A stretch of 62,594 bases of DNA, the filler included, from Candidatus Desantisbacteria bacterium CG1_02_49_89 (lineage in GTDB: Bacteria > Desantisbacteria > UBA1551): NCBI GenBank assembly GCA_001871075.1. It is 5 parts of 5 records of this genome, joined end to end, with 100 filler letters (N's around TTAATTAATTAA, not from the genome) between each part and the next. Parts side by side here need not be neighbours in the genome. Positions count along the whole stretch, not along the records: positions 26,086 to 49,733 come from MNUP01000091.1; 4 more parts are not named here. One strand, 5' to 3'. Positions 29,141 to 39,534 of the stretch are shown here, piece by piece; within the stretch, counting starts at the first letter, position 1, and every line of letters starts with the position of its first letter. The notes below the pieces were generated by a model. It had not been told where the DNA came from, did no database searches, and saw only the letters and a program-made list of their open reading frames with translations. The position numbers and the translations under genes were made by a program.

Positions 29141-31519
29141 TCAATTCGGATTCTTATACGCCAGGCCGAAGGCTGCCTGGCCCAGCGATATTCCCCCGTC
29201 ATTACACGGGACCTGGCTGTGCGTGAAAACCGCGAATGATCTCTTCACAAGCTTGCCGGAAATCATTTCCAGCAGAAGCTTGTTCTGAAAAACACCCCCG
29301 CTGAGCACAACCCTTTTCAGTCCCGTTGACCTGCTTATCCGCCCGCAGGTTTCCACCACCATATCCGCAACTGTTGCATGGAATTTATACGCGATTTTCT
29401 CGGGGGGAACTTTCGCGGCCAGATCTTTTACTATTCCCCTGATTACCTGCCCCGTCTCTATCACCCTTACCCCATCTTGATTCTCTATCTTATATTTATA
29501 ACGTTGACACGTTGACACGTTGACACGTTGACACGTTTTTTCCGCCTCTGCCTGCAGCTCCACCGCCGCCTGAGCCTCATACGTGGAAATGTCGCATATT
29601 CCAAGCAAAGACGACACCGCGTCAAAGAACCTGCCCATGCTTGAGGTTAAGGGGCAGTTTATCTTTTGCTCAAGCATCCTGCTTATAAATTTTATTTTAT
29701 TTTTTCCGACCCTTCTAACTAATGGAACGCGCAGCCCGGTTAAACCGCTGCCGTATGCATCCGCCAGAAAACTCAACGCCATCCGCCACGGTTCTTCCGC
29801 GACTTTGTCACCACCAGGCATCGGGATATATTTAAGGCGGCCTGCCCTTTCAAATCCCTTATAACCCGCGATCAGGAACTCACCGCCCCATATATTTCCG
29901 TCAATGCCGTAACCTGTCCCGTCCAGGATAACGCCGATAACCCTGCCTTCCAGCTTATTATCCGCCATGCAGCTGAGCGCGTGCGCGAAATGATGTTGGA
30001 CCCCAAGCAGTTTCGCGCCTTTTTTCCCTGATTCAAGCGCGTATCCGGTGGCAAGATAATCCGGGTGGAGATCGTATGCCAGGGTGTCCGGATTTATGCC
30101 GAACATCTCCCTGTATTTCCTGATCTCATCCCTGTAGAAATCAAAGGTCTCCCTGTTCTTCAGGTCACCGATATGCTGGCTTACGAATGCAAGCCTTCCT
30201 TCCGCGAGGCAGAAGGTATTTTTCAATTCAGCCCCGCACCCCAGGACCTGCCGGCGGTTTCCCGGGCTTACGCCCGTTTCAACGGGCAGCGGGACAAACC
30301 CTCTTGCTCTGCGCAGGATCGCCGGCTTTCCGGCTATAACCTGCACTATGGAATCGTCGCAGCGGTTCTTTATGTCCCTGTCGTGGAGCAGAAAATAATC
30401 CGCTGTCCCGGAAAGTTTTTTAATTGCCTGCGCGTTATCTGCTACCAGGGGTTCGTCAGCGATATTCGCGCTGGTCGCGACAACAGCGGGAATGCGCAGC
30501 TCTTTCAGTAGAAGATGAAGAACGGGAGCGTACGGCAGCATCACCCCGAGATAGTTAGTGCGGGGCGCTATAGAATCTGCGACAATACCGGCGATCTGCC
30601 CCACGCGTTTCTTCAGGAGCGTTACGGGCCTCTGGGGACCGGCCAGCGCCTTTTCAGATTTTTTATCAATTTCACAATATTTCCCCGCTGTTTCGGCGTC
30701 CCTCATCATAACTGCGAAGGGTTTAAAGGGACGGTGTTTCAGCCTGCGCAGCTTCCGGACTATCCTGTTGTTTCCCGCGTCGCACATTATCAGGAACCCG
30801 CCCACCCCTTTCACCGCGACGATCTTTCCTCTTTCAATCAGCCTCGCCGCCTTCTTTATCGGATCAGTTATTCCGTCATTTTGCACTTTGCAATTTGCAT
30901 TTTGCAATTTGCAATCTTTATTCGCTTTAACAAGCCACACCCGCGGACCGCACGACCCGCAGGCGTTAGGCTGCGCGTGGTAGCGCCGGGTTGCCGGATC
31001 ATTATATTCCGACGAACAATCGGCGCACATTCTGAACTTGCTCATTGTCGTATGCCTGCGGTCATAGGGAAGGTCCGTTATTATAGTGAACCTGGGGCCG
31101 CAGTCCGTGCAGTTTATGAACGGGTACCCGGATCTCCGATCCGACTGGGAAAACAGCTCTCTGACGCAATTCCCGCAGGTGGCGATATCCGGAGAAACAA
31201 GAACTCTGTTTATTCCCTTCGTGATACTTTTCTTTATCTCGAATCTGCCGGGACCCGCGGGCCTCAGCATCCTGACGGTTTTTGCTGAAATACCGGCAAG
31301 CGGCGGCGGATTTTTAAGAACGATCTTGAGAAATTTTTTCAGCCGGCCTGCCGGGCCCTCAGCCTCTATAACGACTCCGCTCATGGAATTTTGCACAAAG
31401 CCCTTAAGGCCAAGTAAGACCGCTTCTCTGTAAACAAAAGGGCGGAACCCCACTCCCTGCACTACCCCGCCGAGTTCTATCCTCATCCTTTTCGCGCTCA
31501 ATTTATTCTTCCAGTTCAA
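29141..31519 (-). CDS. hypF: Hydrogenase maturation carbamoyltransferase (with two in-frame repeat insertions)
   Basis: GVVQGVGFRPFVY, CxxC zinc fingers, DLHPDY, QHHFAH, NDGGISLGQ. Confidence 0.98.
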   Translation of the reverse strand: MNWKNKLSAKRMRIELGGVVQGVGFRPFVYREAVLLGLKGFVQNSMSGVVIEAEGPAGRLKKFLKIVLKNPPPLAGISAKTVRMLRPAGPGRFEIKKSITKGINRVLVSPDIATCGNCVRELFSQSDRRSGYPFINCTDCGPRFTIITDLPYDRRHTTMSKFRMCADCSSEYNDPATRRYHAQPNACGSCGPRVWLVKANKDCKLQNANCKVQNDGITDPIKKAARLIERGKIVAVKGVGGFLIMCDAGNNRIVRKLRRLKHRPFKPFAVMMRDAETAGKYCEIDKKSEKALAGPQRPVTLLKKRVGQIAGIVADSIAPRTNYLGVMLPYAPVLHLLLKELRIPAVVATSANIADEPLVADNAQAIKKLSGTADYFLLHDRDIKNRCDDSIVQVIAGKPAILRRARGFVPLPVETGVSPGNRRQVLGCGAELKNTFCLAEGRLAFVSQHIGDLKNRETFDFYRDEIRKYREMFGINPDTLAYDLHPDYLATGYALESGKKGAKLLGVQHHFAHALSCMADNKLEGRVIGVILDGTGYGIDGNIWGGEFLIAGYKGFERAGRLKYIPMPGGDKVAEEPWRMALSFLADAYGSGLTGLRVPLVRRVGKNKIKFISRMLEQKINCPLTSSMGRFFDAVSSLLGICDISTYEAQAAVELQAEAEKTCQRVNVSTCQRYKYKIENQDGVRVIETGQVIRGIVKDLAAKVPPEKIAYKFHATVADMVVETCGRISRSTGLKRVVLSGGVFQNKLLLEMISGKLVKRSFAVFTHSQVPCNDGGISLGQAAFGLAYKNPN

Positions 31520-31751
31520 CCGACTCTATGGAAATACCCACGCCCTCAAATTCTTCCAGTTCGATCTCGGCGCCTGCCGCCGCAGTACCTTTCGCAAGCC
31601 GTGAAAATGCAAACTGCAGCGAATCCCCGATGATCATCTCCCCGATCCCCGCTTTTACCTTTATTTTAATGACTTTTTTGCTCTTCTTGGAGGATGTTGC
31701 CAGTTCAAGGGCTTTCTTCAGTATTCCCTTCGCGATCCCTATCTCATGCAT
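31503..31751 (-). CDS. hypA: HypA-like nickel chaperone lacking the zinc finger
   Basis: MHE N-terminal Ni motif, SLQFAF...GT.A.GA.IE, C-terminal ISIESVELE; no Cys. Confidence 0.8.
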   Translation of the reverse strand: MHEIGIAKGILKKALELATSSKKSKKVIKIKVKAGIGEMIIGDSLQFAFSRLAKGTAAAGAEIELEEFEGVGISIESVELEE

Positions 31752-31931
31752 TTTTACTCCCTGAATAGTCCGCAGCAGTTTACAAAGTTTATAAAGTTTA
31801 CAGAGTTTACAAAGTAAAATATTTCTCTGTGTCTCCGTGCCTCTGTGGTTTATCTTTTACTTTTGTTCCGAAGGAATCCCTTTGGGACAATTTACAATTT
31901 GCAATTTGACTTTTGCAATAATTTTCTATTA

Positions 31932-32687
31932 TCAGGCTCCACGGAGAATACAGGCTTTCACGAACGGCGAAGCCAGCTTTTTCATATTTTCAAGTTCATC
32001 CGGTTTGTAAGGAGCTATTTTCCTGAATTCCGGCTTCATTGCCTGTTTGTTTACAAAATTCTGCAGGCAATATTTCCTTGCCCCCTTTATTGACCTGGCA
32101 ATGGAAACCACATCATCAGCGGTGTGAAGCGAAGGCACAATGGTTGTCCTGAATTCGTATTCAATGCCGCTCTCCATTATTGTCTTTATGCTTTCTTTTA
32201 TCCTTCTAATGTCTATTTTTACTCCCGCCGCCTCTTCGTATTTTGTCTTCTTCCTTTTTTTCTCTGACACGTTGACACGTTGACACGTTGACACGTCATC
32301 TATTGGTGCCTTCACGTCCATTGCTATGTAATCAACCATCTTATTTTTTAGCAGGTCTTTTACAGTATCGGGCAGAGCGCCGTTGGTGTCAAGCTTTACT
32401 TTCATCCCAAGTTCCCTGATCTCTTTCAGCAATTCCCCTATATCCGCGTAGATGCAGGGTTCGCCTCCGGTCAGGCATATGCCGTCGATCCATCTCCTGA
32501 ATTTTTGGAGGTGTTCCTTTATCTTTGCAAGCGGGATCGTTTCATGCTTTTCCGGATGCAGGACAAGGCCCTGGTTCTGGCAGAAAGGGCAACGGAAATT
32601 ACACCTGGAAACAAAGAGCGTGGACACTATCCTGCCGTCCCAGTCAAGCATTGACGATTCGATCATTCCCTTAATTTCTATTTTCAT
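31932..32687 (-). CDS. Anaerobic ribonucleotide reductase activating enzyme-like radical SAM protein
   Basis: CNFRCPFC, TGGEP, KLDTNG, MDVKAP, EFRTT. Confidence 0.9.
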   Translation of the reverse strand: MKIEIKGMIESSMLDWDGRIVSTLFVSRCNFRCPFCQNQGLVLHPEKHETIPLAKIKEHLQKFRRWIDGICLTGGEPCIYADIGELLKEIRELGMKVKLDTNGALPDTVKDLLKNKMVDYIAMDVKAPIDDVSTCQRVNVSEKKRKKTKYEEAAGVKIDIRRIKESIKTIMESGIEYEFRTTIVPSLHTADDVVSIARSIKGARKYCLQNFVNKQAMKPEFRKIAPYKPDELENMKKLASPFVKACILRGA

Positions 32688-32793
32688 CTTTCATACCTAA
32701 AAAACTTTAACCACGAATTTCCACGAATTCTCACGGATTCTAAACTTTGACTCTCTGACTCTGTGACTCTTTGACTCTATCTAAGGAACCGGC

Positions 32794-33066
32794 TTAACCG
32801 GCCCTCGTGAACAACATACAATGACATTGCCCGTCCTTTTCGATCTCGTCCCTGTGGTATATGCAGGGGCATATGATGGTTTTATCCTTTTCCGTGTCAC
32901 CGGTGCGTATCCTGCAAGGGCAGTAGATCTCCCCGTGCTTCTCCTTGTTCCTGAGCAGGCCCTGGAGGATCCTTTCCGCGATTTTTTCGTCCGGGTTGAG
33001 CCTGAACCCGTTTTCCGCCGCGTATTTCTCCATCTTCTTTTTCAGCTCTTCCTTCTCGTTTTCCAT
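32794..33066 (-). CDS. Ferredoxin:thioredoxin reductase catalytic subunit
   Basis: YCPCR...ICPC...CHC motifs. Confidence 0.92.
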   Translation of the reverse strand: MENEKEELKKKMEKYAAENGFRLNPDEKIAERILQGLLRNKEKHGEIYCPCRIRTGDTEKDKTIICPCIYHRDEIEKDGQCHCMLFTRAG

Positions 33067-33122
33067 CTCTGCCTCTCTTTATGCTGACAACTCTCAACTG
33101 ACAACCGACAACTTTCTTAAAC

Positions 33123-33239
33123 ATTGTATCACAAAACCGCTGGTTTGTCAAAGAAAATAAGGCACAAACCCTGTCTCGCTTTTATATCAATATAAATATA
33201 GCAGAAATATTGACAAAATTGGTAAAATATGATAGACTA
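33123..33239. promoter_or_regulatory. Divergent sigma70 promoters
   Basis: Minus TTGACA-N17-TACAAT (33123-33151); plus TTGACA-N17-TAGACT (33211-33239). Confidence 0.6.
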
Positions 33240-33274
33240 TTTTATATATTAGCACTGAAAGGAAAAGCAGAAAA

Positions 33275-34675
33275 ATGCCGATTAGCGATATACTGAAAAA
33301 ATGGGCTGTCAGCAGGCTGGCAAAGCAGCTTCCTTATGCTTCCAAGGATAACCTTGTAAAACTGGCCGGGATGGTCGAGAAAATGGCCATCCTGCCTGAA
33401 GACAAGGAAAGAGCAAGGGTGGTAGGTGAAAAATTCAAGGCTGAGCACCCCAGCCTTATATACGCGAAAGAAATACTGGGAAGGCTTAACCCTAAATGCA
33501 GGGACAAATTCTCCGTGAACCTGGTGGTCAACCACCTTGCGATCGGTAACGGGATCAGGAAAAAATTCGCGGAAAAGAACGGTTTCCTCCCGCCCTCAAC
33601 GATACTCATAAGCCCTTCCATGAAATGCAACCTTAGATGCCAGGGATGTTACGCCGCGGACTACGAAAAAGAAACGGACATGGAACCCTCCGTCCTCGAC
33701 AAGATCGTGAAAGAAGGAAAGGAAATGGGCACCTTTTTCTACACCATACTCGGCGGAGAGCCCTTCATTTATCCCCACCTGCTTGATTTCATCGCGCGCC
33801 ATCCAGATTGTTACTTCCAGATATTCACGAACGGCACCCTTCTTGACAGCGAAAAAATAAACAGGCTCGTAAAGATCGGCAACGCGGCCCTGATGTTCAG
33901 CCTTGAAGGATTTGAAAAAGAAACAAATGAAAGGCGCGCGCCCGGAGTATACGGCAAGGTAATGGATGCGATGGAACACGCGAGGGAAGCGGGCCTGCTT
34001 TTCGGATATTCCTGTTACGTGACTAAAAATAACGTAGAGCAGATCGTCAGCGACGAATTCATTGACCTGATGATACAGAAAGGCGCGCTTATCGGTTGGT
34101 ATTTCCTTTGCATGCCCGTAGGCAAAAAGCCCTCGGTGGAATTTATGCCTACCCCCCAGCAGAGGCTTTACCTTAAAATGCGCAGGGACCACATAAGGAA
34201 CGCTAAGCCGATCTTTATAGTTGATTTCTGGAACGACGCTCCCTATGTAAGGGGGTGCATTGCAGGCAGGCAGTTCATACACGTAAACTCGCGCGGGGAC
34301 ATAGAACCCTGCATATTTATACACTTCGCCACGCACAACATAAAGAACTCATCGATCAGCGAGGCGCTCAAATCCCCGTTTTTCAGGGCGCTCAAAGACC
34401 GCCAGCCTTACGACGATAACCTGTATCTGCCCTGCACCATCATTGATAACCCGGAGGTCTTAAGGGAAACAGTCGAAAGAACAAATCCCTATCCCACGCA
34501 CCAGGGCGCGTCCACCCTCATCAACGACCCCGAGATACGCGGTCACCTGGACAGCTACGCCAGAGAGGTCCGGAGCTTATACAATAAAGTGTGGGAAGAA
34601 GATATCAAGAGAGGCGACTGGAAGCTCGCGAGGAAGCACACCGCGGAAAAAAGGATGGGCATAAGAAAGGAATAA
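33275..34675 (+). CDS. Radical SAM/SPASM domain protein
   Basis: CNLRCQGC, GGEPF, GCIAG...EPC.F.H...PCTIID. Confidence 0.92.
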   Translation: MPISDILKKWAVSRLAKQLPYASKDNLVKLAGMVEKMAILPEDKERARVVGEKFKAEHPSLIYAKEILGRLNPKCRDKFSVNLVVNHLAIGNGIRKKFAEKNGFLPPSTILISPSMKCNLRCQGCYAADYEKETDMEPSVLDKIVKEGKEMGTFFYTILGGEPFIYPHLLDFIARHPDCYFQIFTNGTLLDSEKINRLVKIGNAALMFSLEGFEKETNERRAPGVYGKVMDAMEHAREAGLLFGYSCYVTKNNVEQIVSDEFIDLMIQKGALIGWYFLCMPVGKKPSVEFMPTPQQRLYLKMRRDHIRNAKPIFIVDFWNDAPYVRGCIAGRQFIHVNSRGDIEPCIFIHFATHNIKNSSISEALKSPFFRALKDRQPYDDNLYLPCTIIDNPEVLRETVERTNPYPTHQGASTLINDPEIRGHLDSYAREVRSLYNKVWEEDIKRGDWKLARKHTAEKRMGIRKE

Positions 34676-34680
34676 CCGCC

Positions 34681-35184
34681 CTACTTTGAGCTTTCCGTTT
34701 GTTTTTTTAGGTCCCTCAGCGCCTTTCGCATTTTTATCTTGTCAATAATACCCATGCGATCGCAAAAAAGCACGCCGTTGAGGTGATCAATTTCATGCTG
34801 AATAATACGGGCCGCCAATTCGGCGGCTTTTATTTTTAACTTGTCCCCTTTTTCGTTAAGGGCCCCGAACTGCACTTCTCTCGACCTTCTGATATCCGCG
34901 AATATCCCGGGAAAGCTCAGACAGCCTTCCTTCATGACTATTCTGCCCTTTCTTTTGTAGATGCACGGGTTAACTAACTTGAGCACCTCGCTGCCCGCGA
35001 GCATTACCACGAGCCGCTTTCCGATACCCACCTGCGGAGCCGCAAGGCCAAGGCCTTTTGACGCGATCATCGCGTGGACCATATTTTCAAGGACCCTTCG
35101 GTCCTCATCGGTTATTTTCTTCAGCGGCTTGCACCGCTTCCTGAGCACGGCGCTGCCATAAGTTCTTATGCTGAAACCCGGCAT
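34681..35184 (-). CDS. def: Peptide deformylase
   Basis: GLGLAAPQVG, EGCLS, QHEIDHLNG. Confidence 0.98.
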   Translation of the reverse strand: MPGFSIRTYGSAVLRKRCKPLKKITDEDRRVLENMVHAMIASKGLGLAAPQVGIGKRLVVMLAGSEVLKLVNPCIYKRKGRIVMKEGCLSFPGIFADIRRSREVQFGALNEKGDKLKIKAAELAARIIQHEIDHLNGVLFCDRMGIIDKIKMRKALRDLKKQTESSK

Positions 35185-35550
35185 CTATTCCCCGCCCTTC
35201 TTTTTTATGATCCTGTTCCCGTGATCCACGAAAACGATCCTGGGCTTCCATTCCTTTGCCGCTTCTTCTTCAACGCCTGAAAACGAAAGCACCAGGATCT
35301 CGTCGTCCACCTCGCCCAGGTGCGCGGCAGGCCCGTTCAGGCACATCTCGCCCGAACCTTTCCTGCCTTTGATCGCGTATGTAATAAACCTTTCGCCGTT
35401 CCGCATGTTGAGGACCCAGACCTGTTCGCCTGGCAGGATGTCCGCGGCGGCCAGAAGGTCTTCGTCTATCGCGAGGCTTCCCTCGTAATCAACCCTTGTC
35501 GCGGTAACCCTCGCCCTGTGTATTTTTGATTTTAACATTATCCTCTGCAT
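35185..35550 (-). CDS. panD: Aspartate 1-decarboxylase
   Basis: LKSKIHRA...YEGS...NGERFITY...NGPAA. Confidence 0.98.
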   Translation of the reverse strand: MQRIMLKSKIHRARVTATRVDYEGSLAIDEDLLAAADILPGEQVWVLNMRNGERFITYAIKGRKGSGEMCLNGPAAHLGEVDDEILVLSFSGVEEEAAKEWKPRIVFVDHGNRIIKKKGGE

Positions 35551-35650
35551 AATTACCTCCGCTAAATACGATTACGGTGATTTTTAGATAATGATTACGG
35601 TGATTATTAAAAGGTATTAATCACTGTAATCTATTTTGAAATCACTGAAA

Positions 35651-37297
35651 TCATTTTCTAAAGAACATCGAGGAAGCGAATTCGTTCTGGAAATCAGCGC
35701 TGCTGGAAAGCTCCACGTATTCGCACCATCTTGCTATCTCGCCGGCTTTCCGCCGCTGTTCTTCAGAGAGGAGCGCGATCTTGGCCCCTGATGAAGCCGC
35801 GTTTCCTATGAACTTTATTTTTTCCAGGGGGATGTCCGGAAGCAGCCCTATCTCCCTCGCGTTCTCCCTCCTGATATAATTGCCGAATGCCCCAGCAAGC
35901 AGCACCTCGTCTATGTCTTTGTCCGTGATGCCCAGTTCCTTTTCCAGTATCTTTATGCCGGACGATATCGCGCCTTTCGCGAGCTGCAGCTCCCTTAGAT
36001 CCCTCTGGATTATGTCCACGGATCTGTTGGTTTCGGGATTGCCCGCGAGCGTAAAAACCCTGCCTCCGTTTTTTTCGGTTACCCTTTCCGCTATCGCGGA
36101 CTTTGTGCCGGCGGGTATCTCTGAACGGGCAAGCATCCTTCCTGTTTCGTCAAGTATTCCCGCTCTCAGCATTTCCGCGGCCGCGTCAAGCAGGCCTGAA
36201 CCGCATATCCCCGCTGGCGCGAGGTTATCGATCACGTTCACGTTCACGTCGTCGTTGAAAACAACCTTCTCGATCGCCCCGCCTGTGCCCCTCATCCCGC
36301 AGCTTATCCTTGCGCCTTCAAAAGCCGGGCCTGCTGCCGTGGAGGCGCACACGAGCCTGTCTTCGTTGCCCAGAACTATCTCGCCGTTTGTGCCTATGTC
36401 CACCGCGAGCCTTATTGATTTTCCCCTGTACAGACGGGCGGCAAGTATCACCGCGACCGTGTCCCCGCCGACAAACCCCGCGATGCTGGGAAAAACAAAA
36501 ACTTTTCCTCCGGGATTTATTGTAAGTCCGGCCTTCTCAGCGTCTATTTCCACGCTCTCTTTAACAAACGGCGTAAAAGGGACAAAACCCAGGCTCCTGG
36601 GCGACACGTTCAGGAATATATGCTGCATCGTGGAATTACCCGCAACCGTCACCCTGTAAATATTTACCCTGTTTATGCCCGCGGACCGCGCCAGTTCCCC
36701 TATGATGCTGTTGAATTCTTCAATGATGCGCCCGTGAAGGTCTTCCAGCCCGTTCTCGCTCTGAATTGAATGGTGGATGCGGGATATCACATCGTCGCCG
36801 TATACGACCTGCGGGTTCATACGCGCGCATACCGCTATATCCTGCCCGGTGTTGAGGTCCATCAGCGTCCCCACAACGGTAGTCGTACCCAGGTCGAAAG
36901 CCACGCCGTAGTCCGCGGCAGAAGCACTGCCTTTTTTTCGGGCCCCTTGGCTTACTTCCCTGCCCGCGGAAAGCACGTCGGAGGTAAGTATCCTCTGGGC
37001 GGAAAACCTCGAGGAGGATGGCACTTCTATCACCATACCGGAACTGACCCTTGTCTGGCAGGCAAGCCGGACGCCGCGGCGCAGGTCTTCCTTACTGACA
37101 AGTTTCTCTTCTGTGGGATTCGGGCTTGTCTTTCCCCTGTGAACTATGACCCTGCATTTGCCGCAGGTACCCTCGCTTCCGCAGGGCGATTCTATTATTA
37201 TCCCCGCTTCGCAGGCGGCTTCATACAGGGACGTGCCAGGGAGGACGTAAACACCTCTGCCTTCCGGCTGAAAAGTCACTTTTATGCGCTTTTCCAT
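35651..37297 (-). CDS. ASKHA-domain 2Fe-2S protein (RACo corrinoid reductive activator family)
   Basis: CGSEGTCGKC...RLACQ; DLGTTT; DIGTNGE; AGPAFEG; GICGSG; LAGAFG. Confidence 0.92.
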   Translation of the reverse strand: MEKRIKVTFQPEGRGVYVLPGTSLYEAACEAGIIIESPCGSEGTCGKCRVIVHRGKTSPNPTEEKLVSKEDLRRGVRLACQTRVSSGMVIEVPSSSRFSAQRILTSDVLSAGREVSQGARKKGSASAADYGVAFDLGTTTVVGTLMDLNTGQDIAVCARMNPQVVYGDDVISRIHHSIQSENGLEDLHGRIIEEFNSIIGELARSAGINRVNIYRVTVAGNSTMQHIFLNVSPRSLGFVPFTPFVKESVEIDAEKAGLTINPGGKVFVFPSIAGFVGGDTVAVILAARLYRGKSIRLAVDIGTNGEIVLGNEDRLVCASTAAGPAFEGARISCGMRGTGGAIEKVVFNDDVNVNVIDNLAPAGICGSGLLDAAAEMLRAGILDETGRMLARSEIPAGTKSAIAERVTEKNGGRVFTLAGNPETNRSVDIIQRDLRELQLAKGAISSGIKILEKELGITDKDIDEVLLAGAFGNYIRRENAREIGLLPDIPLEKIKFIGNAASSGAKIALLSEEQRRKAGEIARWCEYVELSSSADFQNEFASSMFFRK

Positions 37298-37384
37298 TTT
37301 CTCGTAACCTCGTAACCACGGATTAACACGGATTTACACGGATTCAACTTTTAACTTTTAACTTTTAACGTTCAACTTTCAACT

Positions 37385-38380
37385 TTATTTTAAGGAAACC
37401 GGCTTGCCGGTCTTCGCGGACTGCAGGATCGCGAGCGCTATCCTCAGGGCTTCCCTGCCGTCTTCTCCCGTGACAGCGGGAGTTTTCCCGCCTGCGGCGC
37501 AACAGTCTATAAAGTGGTCTGTCTGCTTCAGGAAACCGTCCATCAAACTGCTGCTCTTGACCCTGCCTGTCTTGCCTTTTTCTTTTTCGCTTGAAATAAT
37601 GAATTCTGTGTGATCCCCTTCAGGGGCTCCGAAGATCAGCGCCCCTCCCGGCCCCATTGTGTCATGAAGCCCCGAGGTGCCGCATCCGTCGGGCAGGCCC
37701 CATGACCAGGAAAGCATCTGCACGTCGCCTGATCTAAAAGTTATCACGGCCACGCCCGAATCAAGGGCGGTCCTGTCTTTCCTGAATTTTGTTATATTGG
37801 CGCATACCTCTTTTGCCTCGCCGAAAGTAAAGCGCGCGAAATCGTAGGAATGCACCGCACCGTCCACGAACGGGCCCCCGCCGATCTTTTCATCCATGAA
37901 CCAGGGGGCAGGTGGAGCCGAGCCTCCCGCAACATGGCGCCAGTATACCGGCCTTCCTATCGCGCCGGACTGTATTAGTTCCCTGTATTTCAGCCATTCG
38001 TCATCAAACCTTCTTACAAAACCGACCTGCAAGATCACCTTTGCTTTTTTGCTTTCCGCGATCATCTTATCGGCGTTCTCTATGCTCATACATATGGGTT
38101 TTTCGCAGAAAACGTGCTTCCCCGCTCTTGCCGCGTCAACAACGATATCCGTGTGGAAAAACGTGGGCGTGCAGCACAGTATGGCGTCCACCCCGGACTT
38201 AAGCAGCTCCCTGTGATCCTTGAAAGAATATTTCGCGCCCATCCTTGCCTTCGCGTCCGCTGCTTTCTTCTCGTCAACATCCGCGACCGCTATAACTTCC
38301 GCTTTGTCCTTGAGCTTCGCGAGCATGTCCATGTGCAGGCCCGCTATCCCTCCGCATCCGACGATCCCGATCTTTACCAT
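37385..38380 (-). CDS. Gfo/Idh/MocA oxidoreductase
   Basis: GCGGIA, HVFCEKP, DGAVH..D. Confidence 0.93.
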   Translation of the reverse strand: MVKIGIVGCGGIAGLHMDMLAKLKDKAEVIAVADVDEKKAADAKARMGAKYSFKDHRELLKSGVDAILCCTPTFFHTDIVVDAARAGKHVFCEKPICMSIENADKMIAESKKAKVILQVGFVRRFDDEWLKYRELIQSGAIGRPVYWRHVAGGSAPPAPWFMDEKIGGGPFVDGAVHSYDFARFTFGEAKEVCANITKFRKDRTALDSGVAVITFRSGDVQMLSWSWGLPDGCGTSGLHDTMGPGGALIFGAPEGDHTEFIISSEKEKGKTGRVKSSSLMDGFLKQTDHFIDCCAAGGKTPAVTGEDGREALRIALAILQSAKTGKPVSLK

Positions 38381-38403
38381 ATAGCCTCCATGTATGAGTT
38401 AAG

Positions 38404-38546
38404 GAGTCGGCTCGCTTTGAAGATCAGCGATCCCTGGAGTCAAGGGGTCAGCCAGCCTTCGGCTGTCTTTGGAGTCAAAATACAGTAATTTGACTCCTAG
38501 ACTCCTCAACTCCCAGTCCGATGTAACATCGGACAACTCCCAGACT
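38404..38546. repeat. Composite GGAGT/ACTCC element, copy 1
   Basis: Colinear with 39535-39686, including AGCCAGCCTTCGGCTGTCTT. Confidence 0.8.
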
Positions 38547-38551
38547 TTATT

Positions 38552-39511
38552 TTATAGTCCGAACTGCTTTGCCAGGCACTTGATCTTCTCCGCCTGGAAC
38601 GATGCGATCACTTCGTGCTTGTTATACGGGTAAACGCGGATCTCTTTCCGGGCGCTGACCCTGTTATACGCGGCGAACACTGTTGAAGGCGGGCAGATGT
38701 CGTCCCACAGCCCGACTGACCAAACCGAACGCCCTTTTATCCCCTGCGCGAGGTTCATCCCGTCAAAGTGACTGAGCGTATCGTATACCTTTTCAAGGTC
38801 CTCCGGGTACATTCTCAGGTAATCCGCTATCTCCAGGTAAGGATAACAGGGCGATAATTCCACGCCCCGCTGGAAATTGCACAGGTACGGTATGTCCGGC
38901 ATTGCCAGAGAAACCCTGGGGTCAAGCCCTGCCGCGGCGATCGTTATACCTCCGCCCTGGCTGATCCCGGTGACTGCAACGCGTTTTTTATCCACCTCGG
39001 GGCGGCTGAACACGAAATCCAGTATCCTTACCGCGTCCGTGTAAACTCCCCTGTAGTAGTATTCGTTTTTATCCAGTATGCCCTGCGTCATCCATCCCCT
39101 GACAGACGGGTTGCTGTAACCCATCATGTTGCCTGTGGACCCGCCCTGCCCTCTTGTATCCATTACCGCGACCGCGCAGCCCATCAGCAGCCAGGACGAG
39201 TAATCCCATACCCTGCCCCTTCCGCCTGTATACCCGTGATATACCACTACCGCGGGCAGGTTCTTTTTTCCCGCGGATCCCGGGACAAGGTACCACCCCT
39301 TTATCCTGTCTCCCCTGAAGCCCGAAAACGCAAGGTCAAAAGCCTCGATCTTCGCCCCGTAAAAATCACGGAACGGCTTAAGCTGCGGGCTGAGCGGGTG
39401 CTTCCTCGCATCAGCTATCGTTTTATTCCAGAAAGACCTGAGATCCTTCTTCGCTGTTAGCCGCGGCTTGTAAGCGCGCAGCTTTTCCAAAGGCATGTCA
39501 ATGGACGCCAT
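38552..39511 (-). CDS. Acetylxylan esterase / cephalosporin-C deacetylase (CE7)
   Basis: RGQ, GISQGG, GLWDDICPPST...HE. Confidence 0.95.
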   Translation of the reverse strand: MASIDMPLEKLRAYKPRLTAKKDLRSFWNKTIADARKHPLSPQLKPFRDFYGAKIEAFDLAFSGFRGDRIKGWYLVPGSAGKKNLPAVVVYHGYTGGRGRVWDYSSWLLMGCAVAVMDTRGQGGSTGNMMGYSNPSVRGWMTQGILDKNEYYYRGVYTDAVRILDFVFSRPEVDKKRVAVTGISQGGGITIAAAGLDPRVSLAMPDIPYLCNFQRGVELSPCYPYLEIADYLRMYPEDLEKVYDTLSHFDGMNLAQGIKGRSVWSVGLWDDICPPSTVFAAYNRVSARKEIRVYPYNKHEVIASFQAEKIKCLAKQFGL

Positions 39512-39534
39512 TCTTCCTCCGTAATAAGTTTAAG

